From Chiloscyllium plagiosum (taxonomy: Eukaryota): a stretch of DNA of 22,804 nucleotides. The stretch's first letter is position 1, and the number at the start of each line of letters is the position of its first letter. The stretch spans positions 35,266,711 to 35,289,514 of the forward strand of contig NC_057720.1 in the NCBI RefSeq assembly GCF_004010195.1, read 5' to 3'. Below are positions 22,034-22,804 of this stretch, piece after piece. The notes below the pieces were generated by a model. The model was not told where the DNA came from and searched no databases. It saw only the letters and a list, made by a program, of their open reading frames with translations. The position numbers and the translations under genes were made by a program.

Positions 22034-22804
22034 TCATAGATTCATAGAGGTGTACAGCATGGAACCAGATCCTTCGGTCCAACCCGTCCATGCCGACCAG
22101 ATATCCCAACCCAATCGAGTCCCACCTGCTAGCACCCGGCCCATATCCCTCCAAACCCTTCCTATTCATATACCCATCCAACTGCCTCTTAAATGTTGCA
22201 ATTGTACCAGCCTCCACCACATCCTCTGGCAGCTCATTCCATACACGTACCACCCTCTGCGTGAAAAAGTTGCCCCATAGGTCTCTTTTATATCTTGCCC
22301 CTCTCACCCTAAACCTATGCCCTCTAGTTCTGGACTCCCTAAACTCAGGGAAAAGACTTTGTCTATTTATCCTTTCCGTGCCCCTCATAATTTTGTAAAC
22401 TTCTATAAGGTCACCCCTAAGCCTCCGACGCTCCAGGGAAAACAGCCACAGCCTGTTCAGCCTCTCCCTGTAGCTCAGATTCTCCAACCCTGGCAACATC
22501 CTTGTAAATCTTTTCTGAACCTTTTCAAGTTTCACAACATCTTTCCGATAGGAAGGAGACCAGAATTGCATGCAATATTCCAACAGTGGCCTAACAATGT
22601 CCTGTACAGCCACAACATGACCTCCCAACTCCTGTACTCAATACTCTGACCAATAAAGGAAAGCATACCAACGCCTTCTTCACTATCCTATCTACCACTA
22701 TCAAGGAGCTATGAACCTGCACTCCACGGTCTCTTTGTTCAGCAACACTCCCTAGGACCTTACCATTAAGTGCATATGTCCTGCTAAGATTTGCTTTCTC
22801 AAAA
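22034..22804 (-). mobile_element. Younger CR1 LINE (ORF2 C-terminus + 3' UTR), runs off the window end
   Basis: ORF 21993..22628 'VRPLLEYCMQFWSPSYRKDVVKLEKVQKRFTRMLPGL...FFTQRVVRVWNELP', tail ctctatgaatctatgac. Confidence 0.96.

Noticed and set aside
21993..22628. Longest ORF (211 aa) as a possible gene
   Set aside because: It is CR1 ORF2 C-terminus. The extra length comes from a stop loss (TAG at 20894 in the sister copy is TCG at 22116-22118 here) that reads through the 3' UTR into a SINE.
1..22804. Prokaryotic systems (CRISPR, operons, retrons)
   Set aside because: No regularly spaced repeats or gene-dense coding. All RT motifs belong to eukaryotic CR1, PLE or Gypsy elements.

Overview
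Eukaryotic, repeat-dense non-coding DNA (intronic or intergenic). The repeat set (many CR1 LINEs, Penelope-like elements, tRNA/Deu-type SINEs) suggests a cartilaginous fish such as a shark; this is inference from remembered family features, not a database result. No intact host gene is recognisable, and nearly all ORFs in the track are TE fragments or noise. Contents: at least 7 CR1 LINE pieces, some nested; a ~3.1 kb head-to-head inverted Penelope-like (PLE; RT + GIY-YIG) insertion that splits a CR1; several short PLE-type 3' elements; a decayed Gypsy element with Gmr1-like features; a decayed PIF/Harbinger transposase; a probable solo LTR; and SINEs. The most interesting signals are (1) six minimal hammerhead-ribozyme motifs in three sequence variants with compensatory stems, two with intact cores, (2) the inverted PLE pair with a degenerate target-site duplication, and (3) a 136-bp inverted templated insertion that replaces the YIG motif of the PLE endonuclease. 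Boundaries were read by eye and are approximate unless a junction is quoted.
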